In this document: one piece after another, positions 1 to 11,500 of the stretch
How the letters are laid out: each line of letters opens with the position of its first letter
Numbering within the stretch: the first letter of the stretch is position 1
Assembly: GCA_964356815.1 (NCBI GenBank)
Contig: CAYHIR010000003.1
Span: 2,198-66,197 of the forward strand
Source of the DNA: an uncultured Candidatus Saccharibacteria bacterium
Lineage (GTDB): Bacteria > Patescibacteriota > Minisyncoccia > Phycocordibacterales > DATGWK01
Reading direction: 5' to 3'
Length of the DNA stretch: 64,000 nt
The notes under the pieces: generated by a model
What the model saw: the letters and a program-made list of their open reading frames with translations, nothing else
Database searches by the model: none
What the model was told of the DNA's origin: nothing
Program-made: the position numbers and the translations under genes

Positions 1-353
1 AAAACACTACCCTCGGCCTCAAGACGTTTGATGGCTGTTGCGCTATATGCAGCAGTGTAATTTTCTATAATTTTTGACGCTGCAGAGGATTTTTTACCCT
101 CAATTAAAATATTGTCTTTGATGGCAAGTGGAATGCCTGTGAGCACGCCAGATTTGCCATCGTCTATAGTATTTTGCGCTTGCTTTGCTGATGCAACGCA
201 ATCGTCAAAAACTTCAATGTAAGCATGTATCTCAGGATTTTTGGCGGCCACGTTTTCGAGCACATTTTTTGTGAGTTCTTCAGCGGTAAAGTCGCCTTTC
301 ACCAAGTGATTGTGAGCCGATTTTATAGAAAGTTTTTCGAGGTCGATTTTCAT
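1..353 (-). CDS. gatA: Asp/Glu-tRNA amidotransferase subunit A, 5' part (runs off window)
   Basis: Manual translation from ATG at 353: MKIDLEKLSIKSAH...GVLTGIPLAIKDNILIEG (amidase family P-x-A-x-KDN motif); directly follows gatC. Confidence 0.93.
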   Translation of the reverse strand, partial: MKIDLEKLSIKSAHNHLVKGDFTAEELTKNVLENVAAKNPEIHAYIEVFDDCVASAKQAQNTIDDGKSGVLTGIPLAIKDNILIEGKKSSAASKIIENYTAAYSATAIKRLEAEGSV

Positions 354-354
354 T

Positions 355-660
355 TTACTGCGCCAAAATTTTCTTAACCTTCACAAAATTGCCCTCTCGC
401 GATGGCGCGGCGGCAAGCAAAGCTTCGGTATAAATTCCAGATTCGTGCGCATCGCCATCGTCGCGCAAAACGCTTCGCACGATATGGAGATCGGAAATTT
501 CGTCGGCATTTATTTTCCCGTCTTTGCCACCGGCTTCGTTTATTTTTTTCACATAAGCCAAAACGGTGTCGAAGTCGGCGCGGACTTTTTCGACTTGAGA
601 ATCAGGAATGTCGATTCGCGCTAGAGCGGCGAGTCGTAAAACTTCTTCTTTGGTAATCAT
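355..660 (-). CDS. gatC: Asp/Glu-tRNA amidotransferase subunit C
   Basis: MITKEEVLRLAALARI...LRDD...AP..EGNFVKVKKIL; start trimmed to ATG at 660. Confidence 0.93.
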   Translation of the reverse strand: MITKEEVLRLAALARIDIPDSQVEKVRADFDTVLAYVKKINEAGGKDGKINADEISDLHIVRSVLRDDGDAHESGIYTEALLAAAPSREGNFVKVKKILAQ

Positions 661-732
661 GTTGTATGCGGCCACAGCGGCCAAAATTGCTCGCGGCAAT
701 AATAACACTATTTTAGCACGGCCTAAAGTCGA

Positions 733-2892
<2,160 letters not shown>

Positions 2893-2916
2893 TTATAGCC
2901 TCTTTTTTGGGCGTTT

Positions 2917-3474
2917 TTAATATTTCACTTCGAGAGCGCGTTCGACGTTGCGAGAGCCTGCTTCGATAATAAGCACACCATCATCGCCGATTGAGTTGCA
3001 GGTTGTATTGTAGCCACGCGATGTAATTATTGTTTCGATTGGACTCGCTGGAATGCCAGTACTCCTCTTGGTCACTTGAACAAAAACGCAAGTTGCTCCA
3101 GAGATACCCGACGGATCCGGCATACTGTAACTAAAGGATGTAGTTCTGGGATCGTCGATATCAACTGATGGGGTTGGAGTAATTGAACCCAGTCCAGCAC
3201 AATTTAAGCCACCCTGAAATGCTGTCAAGAGGGAAGAACCTGGTATCGGAAAAAAATCGTCAACCTTTAGATCGTGATAGAGCGCGCATTCCAAACCAGC
3301 ATCAGCCGCATAAAAAGCCACCTTAGATTCTCGACCAGAATATGAAATGATTTGCTGTTTGAAAGCAATGTCGCTTATGGCAATTGAAGCGAGCAGGAGA
3401 GCGCTCGAAGCGATAACAGCAATAAGCAGTGCCATGCCTTTTTTACCATTTTGTCTGTGAAAATTATTTTTCAT
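2917..3474 (-). CDS. Minor pilin, PilX-like
   Basis: KKG|MALLIAV prepilin-like N-terminus without E5; AFYAADAGLECA and ITSRG motifs; last gene of the minor pilin block. Confidence 0.75.
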   Translation of the reverse strand: MKNNFHRQNGKKGMALLIAVIASSALLLASIAISDIAFKQQIISYSGRESKVAFYAADAGLECALYHDLKVDDFFPIPGSSLLTAFQGGLNCAGLGSITPTPSVDIDDPRTTSFSYSMPDPSGISGATCVFVQVTKRSTGIPASPIETIITSRGYNTTCNSIGDDGVLIIEAGSRNVERALEVKY

Positions 3475-3491
3475 TTTTATGCACGCCATGT

Positions 3492-4127
3492 CTACGGCGC
3501 AAACCAATTAAACAAGCTGTCGGTAACTGCAAAACTTTTCTCTGTGCCGTGGTCTGACCAGTAAACTGTTACCGTCACCAAAACCTCTCTTCTTATTGGA
3601 CCAGAAGTAATTTCGGTCAAAGAAATTGTGCGGCTAAATTTTGAGACAGATGTAACAAACGGGATATCGCCGCCGCCGGGGTCTAAAATTCCTTTATGAG
3701 TATAATGACCAATCGTGTCCACTCTGAGTGTACAATCTCCGTTGTCTGTGTTAGAACAATTAATGAACGACAGCCCTCCACCAAAATCAAAGTTGTAATC
3801 ACAGAGATAGTCTGAGCCTCCAGAAGTTTTAATGGCACAAGCGTCACTCTGCAACAATCCATTGAGCCAGAACGGATTAGAATCGCTTCCATCTGGCTTA
3901 TTTTGCATCAAAAGATTTTGATCTTTCTGATTTCTGACCATTTCCATCGCCTCTTGAGCAAGAAAAACTGCGGTTAACCTATCCTTTATAGCGCTAGTTG
4001 CAGAAAGACTGGATTGAGCAGCCGAAAAAGCTGCTGAAATACCTATCAATAATATCGAAATAGCAACTAGGGTTTCCACTATAGTGAAGCCGCAATTTTT
4101 TTTAAATTTTATTTTATGAAAAATCAT
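3492..4127 (-). CDS. Minor pilin, PilV-like
   Basis: G|FTIVE class III signal peptide; LAQEAME.VR; C-terminal VTVTVYW. Confidence 0.8.
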   Translation of the reverse strand: MIFHKIKFKKNCGFTIVETLVAISILLIGISAAFSAAQSSLSATSAIKDRLTAVFLAQEAMEMVRNQKDQNLLMQNKPDGSDSNPFWLNGLLQSDACAIKTSGGSDYLCDYNFDFGGGLSFINCSNTDNGDCTLRVDTIGHYTHKGILDPGGGDIPFVTSVSKFSRTISLTEITSGPIRREVLVTVTVYWSDHGTEKSFAVTDSLFNWFAP

Positions 4128-4798
4128 AGATCGGGTATTCGTTGTGAGACAGCAGTTTGGAGAGAAAAAGATGTTTGGTTGCGTGGTCCAGCATTAACCG
4201 TACCTTTTAAAAATATTGAGACTTTGGGTTGGTCGGCATCCGACCCTGGAATCGGAGCCGAAGGAGCTGGTGGATCCGTCCCTGAAATAAAAAACTCAAC
4301 CCGTTCTAGTCTAACTTCTGGTGAAGTTAACGCTACAGGATCTCCTTGTATGGGATTTCCCAAGACACCGATTGTGCGAACAAGACAGCCGAAACTGGTA
4401 TCACCTGAGTCGAAAAAACATGATTTTCTAATAAAAATCTGAACTTGCTTTCCGTCTTGGGAAATAAAAGATACGCCGTTACCGGGAGTTACTCCATCGC
4501 ATTCATTACCCACAGACGGCTCAAGATCGTCACCGACAGTCAAACACTTATAATTAGTACCCACAGCAAGCGCTTTCGTCATACTGTCCATCGCCAAATC
4601 TAGATTATTCATCACCGACTGAAGCGACTGGGCTTTTTTGTTGGCATCAAAAATTGTAATGATTGAACCAATACCGACGGTCATTACCAAACTGAAAATA
4701 AAAAGGGCAACGACAAGCTCGATCAAAAGAAAACCTGACTGACCGCCACGTCTTTCGCGTTTTTTTCCTATTTTATTTTTTATTTTCAAAAAAATCAT
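4124..4798 (-). CDS. Minor pilin, PilW/PulJ-like
   Basis: G|FLLIEL N-methylation motif; C-terminal LQTAVSQR. Confidence 0.8.
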   Translation of the reverse strand: MIFLKIKNKIGKKRERRGGQSGFLLIELVVALFIFSLVMTVGIGSIITIFDANKKAQSLQSVMNNLDLAMDSMTKALAVGTNYKCLTVGDDLEPSVGNECDGVTPGNGVSFISQDGKQVQIFIRKSCFFDSGDTSFGCLVRTIGVLGNPIQGDPVALTSPEVRLERVEFFISGTDPPAPSAPIPGSDADQPKVSIFLKGTVNAGPRNQTSFSLQTAVSQRIPDL

Positions 4799-4807
4799 CT
4801 GCGGATA

Positions 4808-5518
4808 TTAGTTGTGACAAGGCTCGGTGCCGGTTGTACCAACATTTTCAACAGCAATTTGGCCAGTTACAAGAACAATCATGCGCTTAGCTCGACCTTG
4901 TGGCGACATCAGACAAACAGCCACACCATCGCAAGTACTAGTACCACATCTATCATTGGATGGACTTGAAGGGTAACCATTCAAATAAAAATTAAAAATT
5001 GCATCTGGGTTTGGTCGTTTAAATAAAATATCAATAGCGTACAAACCAGAACCCGAAAGTGAAAGATTTGTCCACGTATCACCCCTCAAACCCCAAAATC
5101 CACTTATGGTAATTCCCCTACCAATTATCGTCTGTTCAATACATTCTGGCGATGTGCAGGCAAAATCATCGCCAACTGTGGTATAAATCTGATCAAAATT
5201 GTCAGCGTTGGCGAAGAAAATATACTTATTTGGATTAACAGATGTGGTGTTGAAATGCAAACCATAAGATAGGCTGAAAGCTTCAACACCAGAACCGACA
5301 GACGCCCCTACAACCTCTCTCGCACTAATGCCATACACCTGTGCTTGTCGTGCAGAAAGCGCCATACGATATGCCGCATTATTTATTTCCAAATCGGAGT
5401 CAAATTTGCCGTGATTGTATACGACAACCGAAGCAATAATACCAATGATAGCCACCGAGACCATCACTTCGACGAGGGTGAAGCCGCGTTTAGATAGCGA
5501 GTGTTTTATCAAAGACAT
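4808..5518 (-). CDS. Minor pilin, FimT/FimU-like
   Basis: RG|FTLVEV; ARQAQ..G..YGLHF; C-terminal TGQI. Confidence 0.8.
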   Translation of the reverse strand: MSLIKHSLSKRGFTLVEVMVSVAIIGIIASVVVYNHGKFDSDLEINNAAYRMALSARQAQVYGISAREVVGASVGSGVEAFSLSYGLHFNTTSVNPNKYIFFANADNFDQIYTTVGDDFACTSPECIEQTIIGRGITISGFWGLRGDTWTNLSLSGSGLYAIDILFKRPNPDAIFNFYLNGYPSSPSNDRCGTSTCDGVAVCLMSPQGRAKRMIVLVTGQIAVENVGTTGTEPCHN

Positions 5519-5618
5519 AAAGATGATATCTTTTGCTGTTTTTCAGCTAATTTCATAGGGAAATTATAGCACAGCAACAAAAACATCGTTCGACAAATTC
5601 TACCAAATCCTAGACTGT

Positions 5619-6710
5619 CTAGTGTGTGGGGTACTTGCCATATCTACTTCCTCGACCCTGTCCCACCCGTTCAAGGAGCTTCAGCTTCACTAAACGAGAC
5701 AGCGCCTGTTTGATGGTTTCTCTTTGTATTGTGCCTCCAAGAAGTGAAACAATTTCAGCTACTCCCATTTCCTTACCTTCAGTGAATAGCTGATACACCT
5801 CTTTCTGCTTTTCAGAGATAAGTTTTTCTGGTTGATCTTCGTCCATGATTTTTCGAGCTCGCTCTGTCTGCTCTGTTAGTGCATTGAGGAGGTAGTTGAC
5901 CCAAGGAGTAATATCTTCGTGGTCTGTTCCATGATTCTTTTGTGTTGCACGAAGTGCGAGATAATAATCCACTTTGGTTTGTTCAATGATCTCATCGAGG
6001 GAAACATACGGCACATAGCTGTATCCGGTCTGAAGAAGCAGGAGATTGCTGAGAGCACGGCTAACTCGACCATTACCATCTGAGAATGGGTGGATAGCGA
6101 GGAATTCAAAAATGAAGTTTGCGATTACCAAGATCGGATGGATTTGACGACTTTTTAACTGATCATTTGTCCACTCGATAGCGGCAAGCATCTCTCCTTT
6201 TACGAGATACGAGTGTGTAGGATTAAAGAGCACGACTTCTTCCTTCTTTTCGTTTTCCATGATGACGGCATTATCGCCATCCTTGTATTTGCCTTTGTGC
6301 ATTTTATCCTTCTCTGAAAAGTTGAGAAGAATGCTGTGGAATTGCTGTATCCAGCCTTCAGAGAGTTTGATGGTTTTCCAATTATCAAAAACACGACCGA
6401 TGAGATCGGCGTAACCCGCCACTTCCTCTTGATCGCGACCGTTTGGTGCATTTTCTTTCAGGCCTCGCAAAAAGCGAGCGATTTCTTCATCCGTCATTTT
6501 TGCACCTTCGATACGAGTCGAGGCACCTGTTGAGGTGATGATTACGAACGCCTTAAGACGCCCGAGTATTTGCGGACTAAGACGAAGACTTCCCTGCCAG
6601 AGACCTTGAAATTGATCTATTTGGGCAATCTTAGCTAGAATATCTTGCGATAGTGATATTCTTTTGTTGAAGCGCGCAGTTATATTTTCTTGATTATTTT
6701 TGTCTTCCAT
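5619..6710 (-). CDS. Fic-domain protein (class II, N-terminal inhibitory helix) with C-terminal winged helix
   Basis: HPFSDGNGRVSR Fic motif; STRIEG matches the (S/T)xxxE(G/N) inhibitory motif; C-terminal G.GRGSRY. Confidence 0.92.
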   Translation of the reverse strand: MEDKNNQENITARFNKRISLSQDILAKIAQIDQFQGLWQGSLRLSPQILGRLKAFVIITSTGASTRIEGAKMTDEEIARFLRGLKENAPNGRDQEEVAGYADLIGRVFDNWKTIKLSEGWIQQFHSILLNFSEKDKMHKGKYKDGDNAVIMENEKKEEVVLFNPTHSYLVKGEMLAAIEWTNDQLKSRQIHPILVIANFIFEFLAIHPFSDGNGRVSRALSNLLLLQTGYSYVPYVSLDEIIEQTKVDYYLALRATQKNHGTDHEDITPWVNYLLNALTEQTERARKIMDEDQPEKLISEKQKEVYQLFTEGKEMGVAEIVSLLGGTIQRETIKQALSRLVKLKLLERVGQGRGSRYGKYPTH

Positions 6711-6805
6711 AAAGATTGGTTATAAAACAACTATACCCAATAGTACACAATTATACCCAATAAAGCAAGTGTGGCGCAACGAGCGGACTTTTTATCCACA
6801 ATCCC

Positions 6806-7636
6806 TTAAAACACCACCACCCCGCCGAAAAAAGCAATTGCCGTGCCGAGAATTAGAAACGGCGCGAAAGGTATCTCACTCTTCATTGTAAGTTGTTTGC
6901 TCCAGGCTATCAAGGCGACGCCAAGGAGAGCACCGACCCAAAACGCAAGCACGAGCGCCGAAAGCCCCGAGCGCCAGCCGAGAAGCAGACCAATGCCAAG
7001 CACGAGCTTTGCATCGCCAAAGCCGAGCCATCGGCCGTGAGACACGAGCCAAAGCCCTGCAAACACCGCGAAGAAAATCGGCCCGGCCCAAAAATCGAGC
7101 GAAGAAAATAGCAAGGGGGCGCTCGCGAATGAGCCAGTCTGCACAACATTGGACATGACATTAAAAACTGCCGCAAACAAAATGAAAGAAAAAACGAAAA
7201 AATCCGGAATTATTTTATGCTTCAGATCGTAAAAGAATATGACGATAAGCGCACACCAAACCAAAAAGTAAAAGATGATTGGCCAGAATATTTCTGATAC
7301 GAAGCCGTCGGGCGCGGCAAAATCTAAGCCCGTACCAGCAACTTTAAAATAAATCGCCGCCAAAACTGCGCCCGTCAAAAATTCCACCATCGGATACTGC
7401 CAAGAAATTTTTGCCTTGCACGCACTACACTTCCCGCGCAAAACCAAAAAGCTCACTAGAGGCACGAGCTCCCACCAGTGAAGCATTTTACCGCAAGAAA
7501 AACATTCGGAGCGACTCACCTTTCCGCCAAAACTCAGAGAAAGAATCGGCTTACCTGTATTGAATCTCAAAATCACAACATTCAAAAAACTGCCGATGAG
7601 GGTGCCGAGGATGAAGAGAAAGACGAAAATTAGCAT
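6806..7636 (-). CDS. pilD: Prepilin peptidase (A24)
   Basis: GSFLNVVI.R, two CxxC pairs, D.KH.IIPD, GFGDAKL, IPFAPFL. Confidence 0.96.
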   Translation of the reverse strand: MLIFVFLFILGTLIGSFLNVVILRFNTGKPILSLSFGGKVSRSECFSCGKMLHWWELVPLVSFLVLRGKCSACKAKISWQYPMVEFLTGAVLAAIYFKVAGTGLDFAAPDGFVSEIFWPIIFYFLVWCALIVIFFYDLKHKIIPDFFVFSFILFAAVFNVMSNVVQTGSFASAPLLFSSLDFWAGPIFFAVFAGLWLVSHGRWLGFGDAKLVLGIGLLLGWRSGLSALVLAFWVGALLGVALIAWSKQLTMKSEIPFAPFLILGTAIAFFGGVVVF

Positions 7637-7654
7637 ACAATGATTACAAATAAA

Positions 7655-8218
7655 CTACTTGCAAGAAGCCACGACCAAGCTCGAATAGCTTCCAAACAAA
7701 GTATAATCTTGAAAAGCATTGTCTCCTATAAAATCTAACTGCTTAGAAACTCCAGAACTATCCACACACCACGATTTGGGCGACAAATCAGTTGAGGTTT
7801 TTAGCATAACAGCAATAGCCCAAGAAGTGGCGAAATTGGAAACAGGGTCTCCACCACCATCGAATGTTGGCGAGGTAACACATTTGGCGGCATTAGCATC
7901 AGTCGGAAGAGCGCTCAGACCCTTTGCCGCCACAACAGCAGATTTTATGGTCGCATCTTTTCTAAACATTGCGTTGGCGTTCATTCCTAAATAATCAGTA
8001 CACTCTCGACTTCCATGCCAAAAACCATAATTTTCCCCGTTAGAATCGTAGAAAAGTGCAGCTTGTTTGCGTACAGTATCTAAATTGCCTTTTATAGATG
8101 CATCTGCGCCTTTGTTTCTGGCTGAGTTTAACGAGGCCAAAACAACAGAAGCTAGAAGGCCGATTATTGCGATAACGACCATTAGTTCTATTAATGTGAA
8201 ACCGGCTTTTGTTTTCAT
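7655..8218 (-). CDS. Type IV pilin paralog
   Basis: G|FTLIELMVVIAIIGLLASVVLASLNSAR; WCVDS.G motif. Confidence 0.92.
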   Translation of the reverse strand: MKTKAGFTLIELMVVIAIIGLLASVVLASLNSARNKGADASIKGNLDTVRKQAALFYDSNGENYGFWHGSRECTDYLGMNANAMFRKDATIKSAVVAAKGLSALPTDANAAKCVTSPTFDGGGDPVSNFATSWAIAVMLKTSTDLSPKSWCVDSSGVSKQLDFIGDNAFQDYTLFGSYSSLVVASCK

Positions 8219-8251
8219 TAAATAAAACTAATACTTAGACCTACTATTACA

Positions 8252-8797
8252 CTAGATGCACACCCCGGCAGCAGAAAAAAGATTAGTTAGACTTACAATA
8301 TTATTTATTTGCTTAGCTGCACCTGTGCTATCGATACACCAAAATTTAGAACCAGAACCTGTGACACCAGTAGATGTTCTTAGCATAACAGCAAGCGCCC
8401 AGGAATCGGCCTGAGAGTCGCCTGTAGTATCGAGCGCAACACATCTTGCTTTTTGGGCGCTGCTAAAACTTGGATTTGAAAAACCTATCGCAACATCTAT
8501 TGCAGATTCTATTATAGTGTCAATATTAACAGTTCCAGAATCATCATCTTCAAACATAGAGTCCGCTGGTCTATTATAACAACTGGTTGCAGGCGATACC
8601 GAACTACCGTAATTTTGTTGACTATCGAAAAATAATCCCGCCTGCGTTCTGATAGTGTTCAAATTACTTTTTATGGCTCCGTCAGCACTCTTAGCCCTTG
8701 CTGAGTTTAGTGAGGCTAAAATAATTGAAGACAAAAGACCAATAACCGCTATCACAACCAAAAGTTCTATAAGAGTAAAACCTTTTTTATTTTTCAT
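8252..8797 (-). CDS. Type IV pilin paralog
   Basis: G|FTLIELLVVIAVIGLLSSIILASLNSAR; WCIDSTG. Confidence 0.92.
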   Translation of the reverse strand: MKNKKGFTLIELLVVIAVIGLLSSIILASLNSARAKSADGAIKSNLNTIRTQAGLFFDSQQNYGSSVSPATSCYNRPADSMFEDDDSGTVNIDTIIESAIDVAIGFSNPSFSSAQKARCVALDTTGDSQADSWALAVMLRTSTGVTGSGSKFWCIDSTGAAKQINNIVSLTNLFSAAGVCI

Positions 8798-8843
8798 ATA
8801 TCTTAATTGTTGGCTTTATTTGAAAAAATTACAAACTCGCGCT

Positions 8844-8897
8844 GTGCACAACACATCAAAAAACCGCCACTAGGCGGTTTTTTGATGTGTTGTGCAC
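8844..8897. terminator. 25-bp perfect hairpin between the first and second pilin
   Basis: GTGCACAACACATCAAAAAACCGCC-ACTA-GGCGGTTTTTTGATGTGTTGTGCAC. Confidence 0.8.
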
Positions 8898-8920
8898 TTT
8901 TTGCTAGAAAAATCTTTGCA

Positions 8921-9322
8921 TTATGGACAAGTTACAATTGCCGCAGCGGGTTTAGTTATCTGTTTCGAGGCTCCGTTACTATCCACGCACCAAGCATCCG
9001 TTGCAGTACCCTTCAGACCAGCCCAAACACTCCATGTGGCCGCAGCGTTTGCGCACGCTCCCCCGTTACCACCAGCCGTTTGAGAAGCGGTCACCGCTTG
9101 AGCAACATTTCCATTAGCACAAACTGCTGCGTATGAACCAGGAGCATCGTCGTAAACAATCTCAGCTTGTGCGCGAATATTCGCCAAGTTCGCCTTAATC
9201 GCCGCATCAGCACCCTTACTTCTCGCCGTATTCAACGAAGCAAGCACGACAGAAGCCAAAATACCAATAATAGCGATAACGACGAGCAATTCAATCAGTG
9301 TAAAACCTTTTTTAAATTTCAT
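8921..9322 (-). CDS. Type IV pilin, probable major pilin
   Basis: G|FTLIELLVVIAIIGILASVVLASLNTAR; shortest, first in the transcript, followed by a strong hairpin. Confidence 0.92.
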   Translation of the reverse strand: MKFKKGFTLIELLVVIAIIGILASVVLASLNTARSKGADAAIKANLANIRAQAEIVYDDAPGSYAAVCANGNVAQAVTASQTAGGNGGACANAAATWSVWAGLKGTATDAWCVDSNGASKQITKPAAAIVTCP

Positions 9323-9461
9323 ATTGAATAAAAAAACCGAATAAAATAATAATCGAACTTGTAATAAAGCTTACAGGGTCAATTATAGCAGAGCTGAGAA
9401 ATACAACAGAGACGGCGTGGGGACAACTGTATACAAGAATCAAAATTCACTCTCAAAAATC

Positions 9462-9676
9462 GAAAACGCCAGATTGACTCTGGCGTTTTCTGCTTATCGC
9501 ATATACACGACTTCCGCCCACTTCCCCGTGGTTTAAATTACTTGGTCGTGCGAGCCTTTGGCATATTGCACAGAGTGATCAAACTCCACACTCATCCTTT
9601 TTTAAGCCAGGTGACAGCTCGATGAAGTTGTCTGGCCGAGTACATGTGCCGGGGAATCGTCACATTGTACGAATAA
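9462..9676 (-). ncRNA. Candidate structured ncRNA, possibly 6S RNA
   Basis: TG-A-TAAAAT extended -10 at 9690-9682; ~185-nt rod (TTCCCCG/CGGGGAA, TACTCGGCC/GACCAAGTA, CGAGC/GCTCG, TGGC/GCCA); terminator at 9462-9489; no ORF. Confidence 0.5.
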
Positions 9677-9768
9677 ACACAATTTTATCATGTGAATCAT
9701 CTGTGACAAGTGGATTTTTTATCTTTTCTTTAACGTAACTTGATATCCAAAAAGCTACACTGCCCGGC

Positions 9769-10149
9769 ATGAGATCGAGGCGTGAAAAATACTGTGAGCT
9801 CCTCAATATAAGGACACGAATAATTTACAATAAGATAGGCAGTGCCTATTGCCCCGCACTGGGAAAAACGGTTGTTTTTAATGCCAAAGGATATCATCAT
9901 TTACACTATAAACCAGATAGAACGGCACGCGATGTGAAAGAGAGGATCTACAAATTGAGATTACTCCCACTGGCTGTGCCAGTAATAAAAAATGCAGACG
10001 TGATTGAAAGTGTGAGAAATATAAAAAGAGGCAAACAGTTTGCACTAGTCGCAAAGGTTGGAAGAAAAAATCCAGTTGAGGTGCGAGTTATTATTTTAGA
10101 AGTTGAAAATAGTGGGCATCCTATATTCTGGAGCATTATGAAGCACTAA
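9769..10149 (+). CDS. Small basic protein, probable BECR/RelE-like RNase fold
   Basis: V.FNAKGYHHL...R...VRVII...FWSIM pattern; fold call is from recollection only. Confidence 0.55.
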   Translation: MRSRREKYCELLNIRTRIIYNKIGSAYCPALGKTVVFNAKGYHHLHYKPDRTARDVKERIYKLRLLPLAVPVIKNADVIESVRNIKRGKQFALVAKVGRKNPVEVRVIILEVENSGHPIFWSIMKH

Positions 10150-10242
10150 AAAACACCATCAAGTGGTGTGTTTTAGTGTGTCTGCTCTTCGACTTAGAGA
10201 TTTCTCTTTTTGTCGAACAAGGCTTTCGCCCACAGACACACC
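10149..10242 (-). ncRNA. Candidate structured small RNA convergent on the nuclease-like gene
   Basis: TTGACT-17-TAGTAT promoter (10274-10246); GGTGTGTCTG/CAGACACACT closing stem around GGC-GAAA-GCC and TTCGAC/GTCGAA hairpins; terminator. Confidence 0.5.
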
Positions 10243-10299
10243 AGTATACTATGCCCAATTATCCGAAAAGTCAACCATATTCGCCCTTTTTTCCCCACT

Positions 10300-11499
10300 C
10301 TAAAACGACTGCGCGAGATTGTAAATTGGGAGAAGAACAGCGGCGAGCAAACCACCGACGCCTAAGCCGAGAACGACGATCATCGCCGGCTGAATGAGAT
10401 CGACAAGCGCATCCACAGCGGCAATAACCTCTTTTTGGTAAAACTTGGCAAGAGTTTTTAAAATATTACCCAGCTCACCCGTCTCCTCACCCACCTTCAC
10501 CATTTGGGTCATGATATTTGGAATCTCTGGGTACTCGGCGAGAGCCACGGAAAGGGCTTTGCCGGCCTTCACCTGCTGAAGCGAATTGAGTAAAATATTT
10601 TTATAGACATCGCTACCCACCACCATGGCTGTGGTCTCGAGTGTGCGGATCATAGAAATACCGGAGACGATCATCGTATTCATGTTGTCGGCGATGCGAG
10701 AAAGATAGAGCTTGCGGAAAAGATTGCCTATGAAAGGAATCGAGAGCTTGAATTCATCGAAAGATTGCCTGCCAGAGCGACGCACATATTGCGCGCCAAA
10801 AAATGCACCCACGATGAGTATCACGGCCGTGAAAATGCCGTAGTTGACTGCGAAATCGCTAATCCAAATGACCACCTTGGTGTAAATCGGAAGCTCTTGG
10901 CCAGATTCTTCGAGAATTGGCGTAACTTTTGGAATGATGACGGTGAGCATCATTATCATAACCGCAATGAAAGTGGCGATAACGAAGGCTGGATAGATGA
11001 GAGCGTGTTTGGCTTTGGATGTCACTTCATACTGACGCTCGAGATAGTCGGCAAGGTATGTAAATGTTTCTTCGAGACGGCCCGATTCCTCGCCGGCTTT
11101 GACCATGTTGACATAAAAATCGGAGAAAACATTTGGATGCTTGGTGAGCGCTTTGGAAATGGAACTGCCTTCTTGGAGATCGTCTGCCACAGCGTTCATT
11201 GCCCGGCGAAGCACTTGGCTTTCTACCTGAGCGGCAAGAAGCTTGAAAACGCGAAGAGCTGAGACCTGCGCCTCGAAAAGCGTGGCCATTTGGCGCGACA
11301 CAAAAACCACTTCTTTGGTGGAAGCGCTGTTGAAAAAAGAAAAACGCTCTAAGATGCCACGATCTTCCTTTGGCACCACGGAAGCCACAATGAGGCCTCT
11401 TTTCTGAAGCGCAGTAATCGCCACATCAACACTTACAGCCTCAATCATTCCGTCTTTCTTTTCGGCATTTTGATCTATGGCTTTGTAAATAAATAACAT
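10300..11499 (-). CDS. pilC: Type IV pilus platform protein PilC (T2SS F family)
   Basis: Two T2SSF repeats (AGEESGRL, VGEETGEL), ALIYP, LPIY. Confidence 0.95.
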   Translation of the reverse strand: MLFIYKAIDQNAEKKDGMIEAVSVDVAITALQKRGLIVASVVPKEDRGILERFSFFNSASTKEVVFVSRQMATLFEAQVSALRVFKLLAAQVESQVLRRAMNAVADDLQEGSSISKALTKHPNVFSDFYVNMVKAGEESGRLEETFTYLADYLERQYEVTSKAKHALIYPAFVIATFIAVMIMMLTVIIPKVTPILEESGQELPIYTKVVIWISDFAVNYGIFTAVILIVGAFFGAQYVRRSGRQSFDEFKLSIPFIGNLFRKLYLSRIADNMNTMIVSGISMIRTLETTAMVVGSDVYKNILLNSLQQVKAGKALSVALAEYPEIPNIMTQMVKVGEETGELGNILKTLAKFYQKEVIAAVDALVDLIQPAMIVVLGLGVGGLLAAVLLPIYNLAQSF

Positions 11500-11500
11500 G

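Noticed and set aside
6792-6800. DnaA box TTATCCACA and degenerate relatives near promoters (e.g. 9418, 57409) as an origin
   Set aside because: Isolated single boxes with no cluster or dnaA gene nearby
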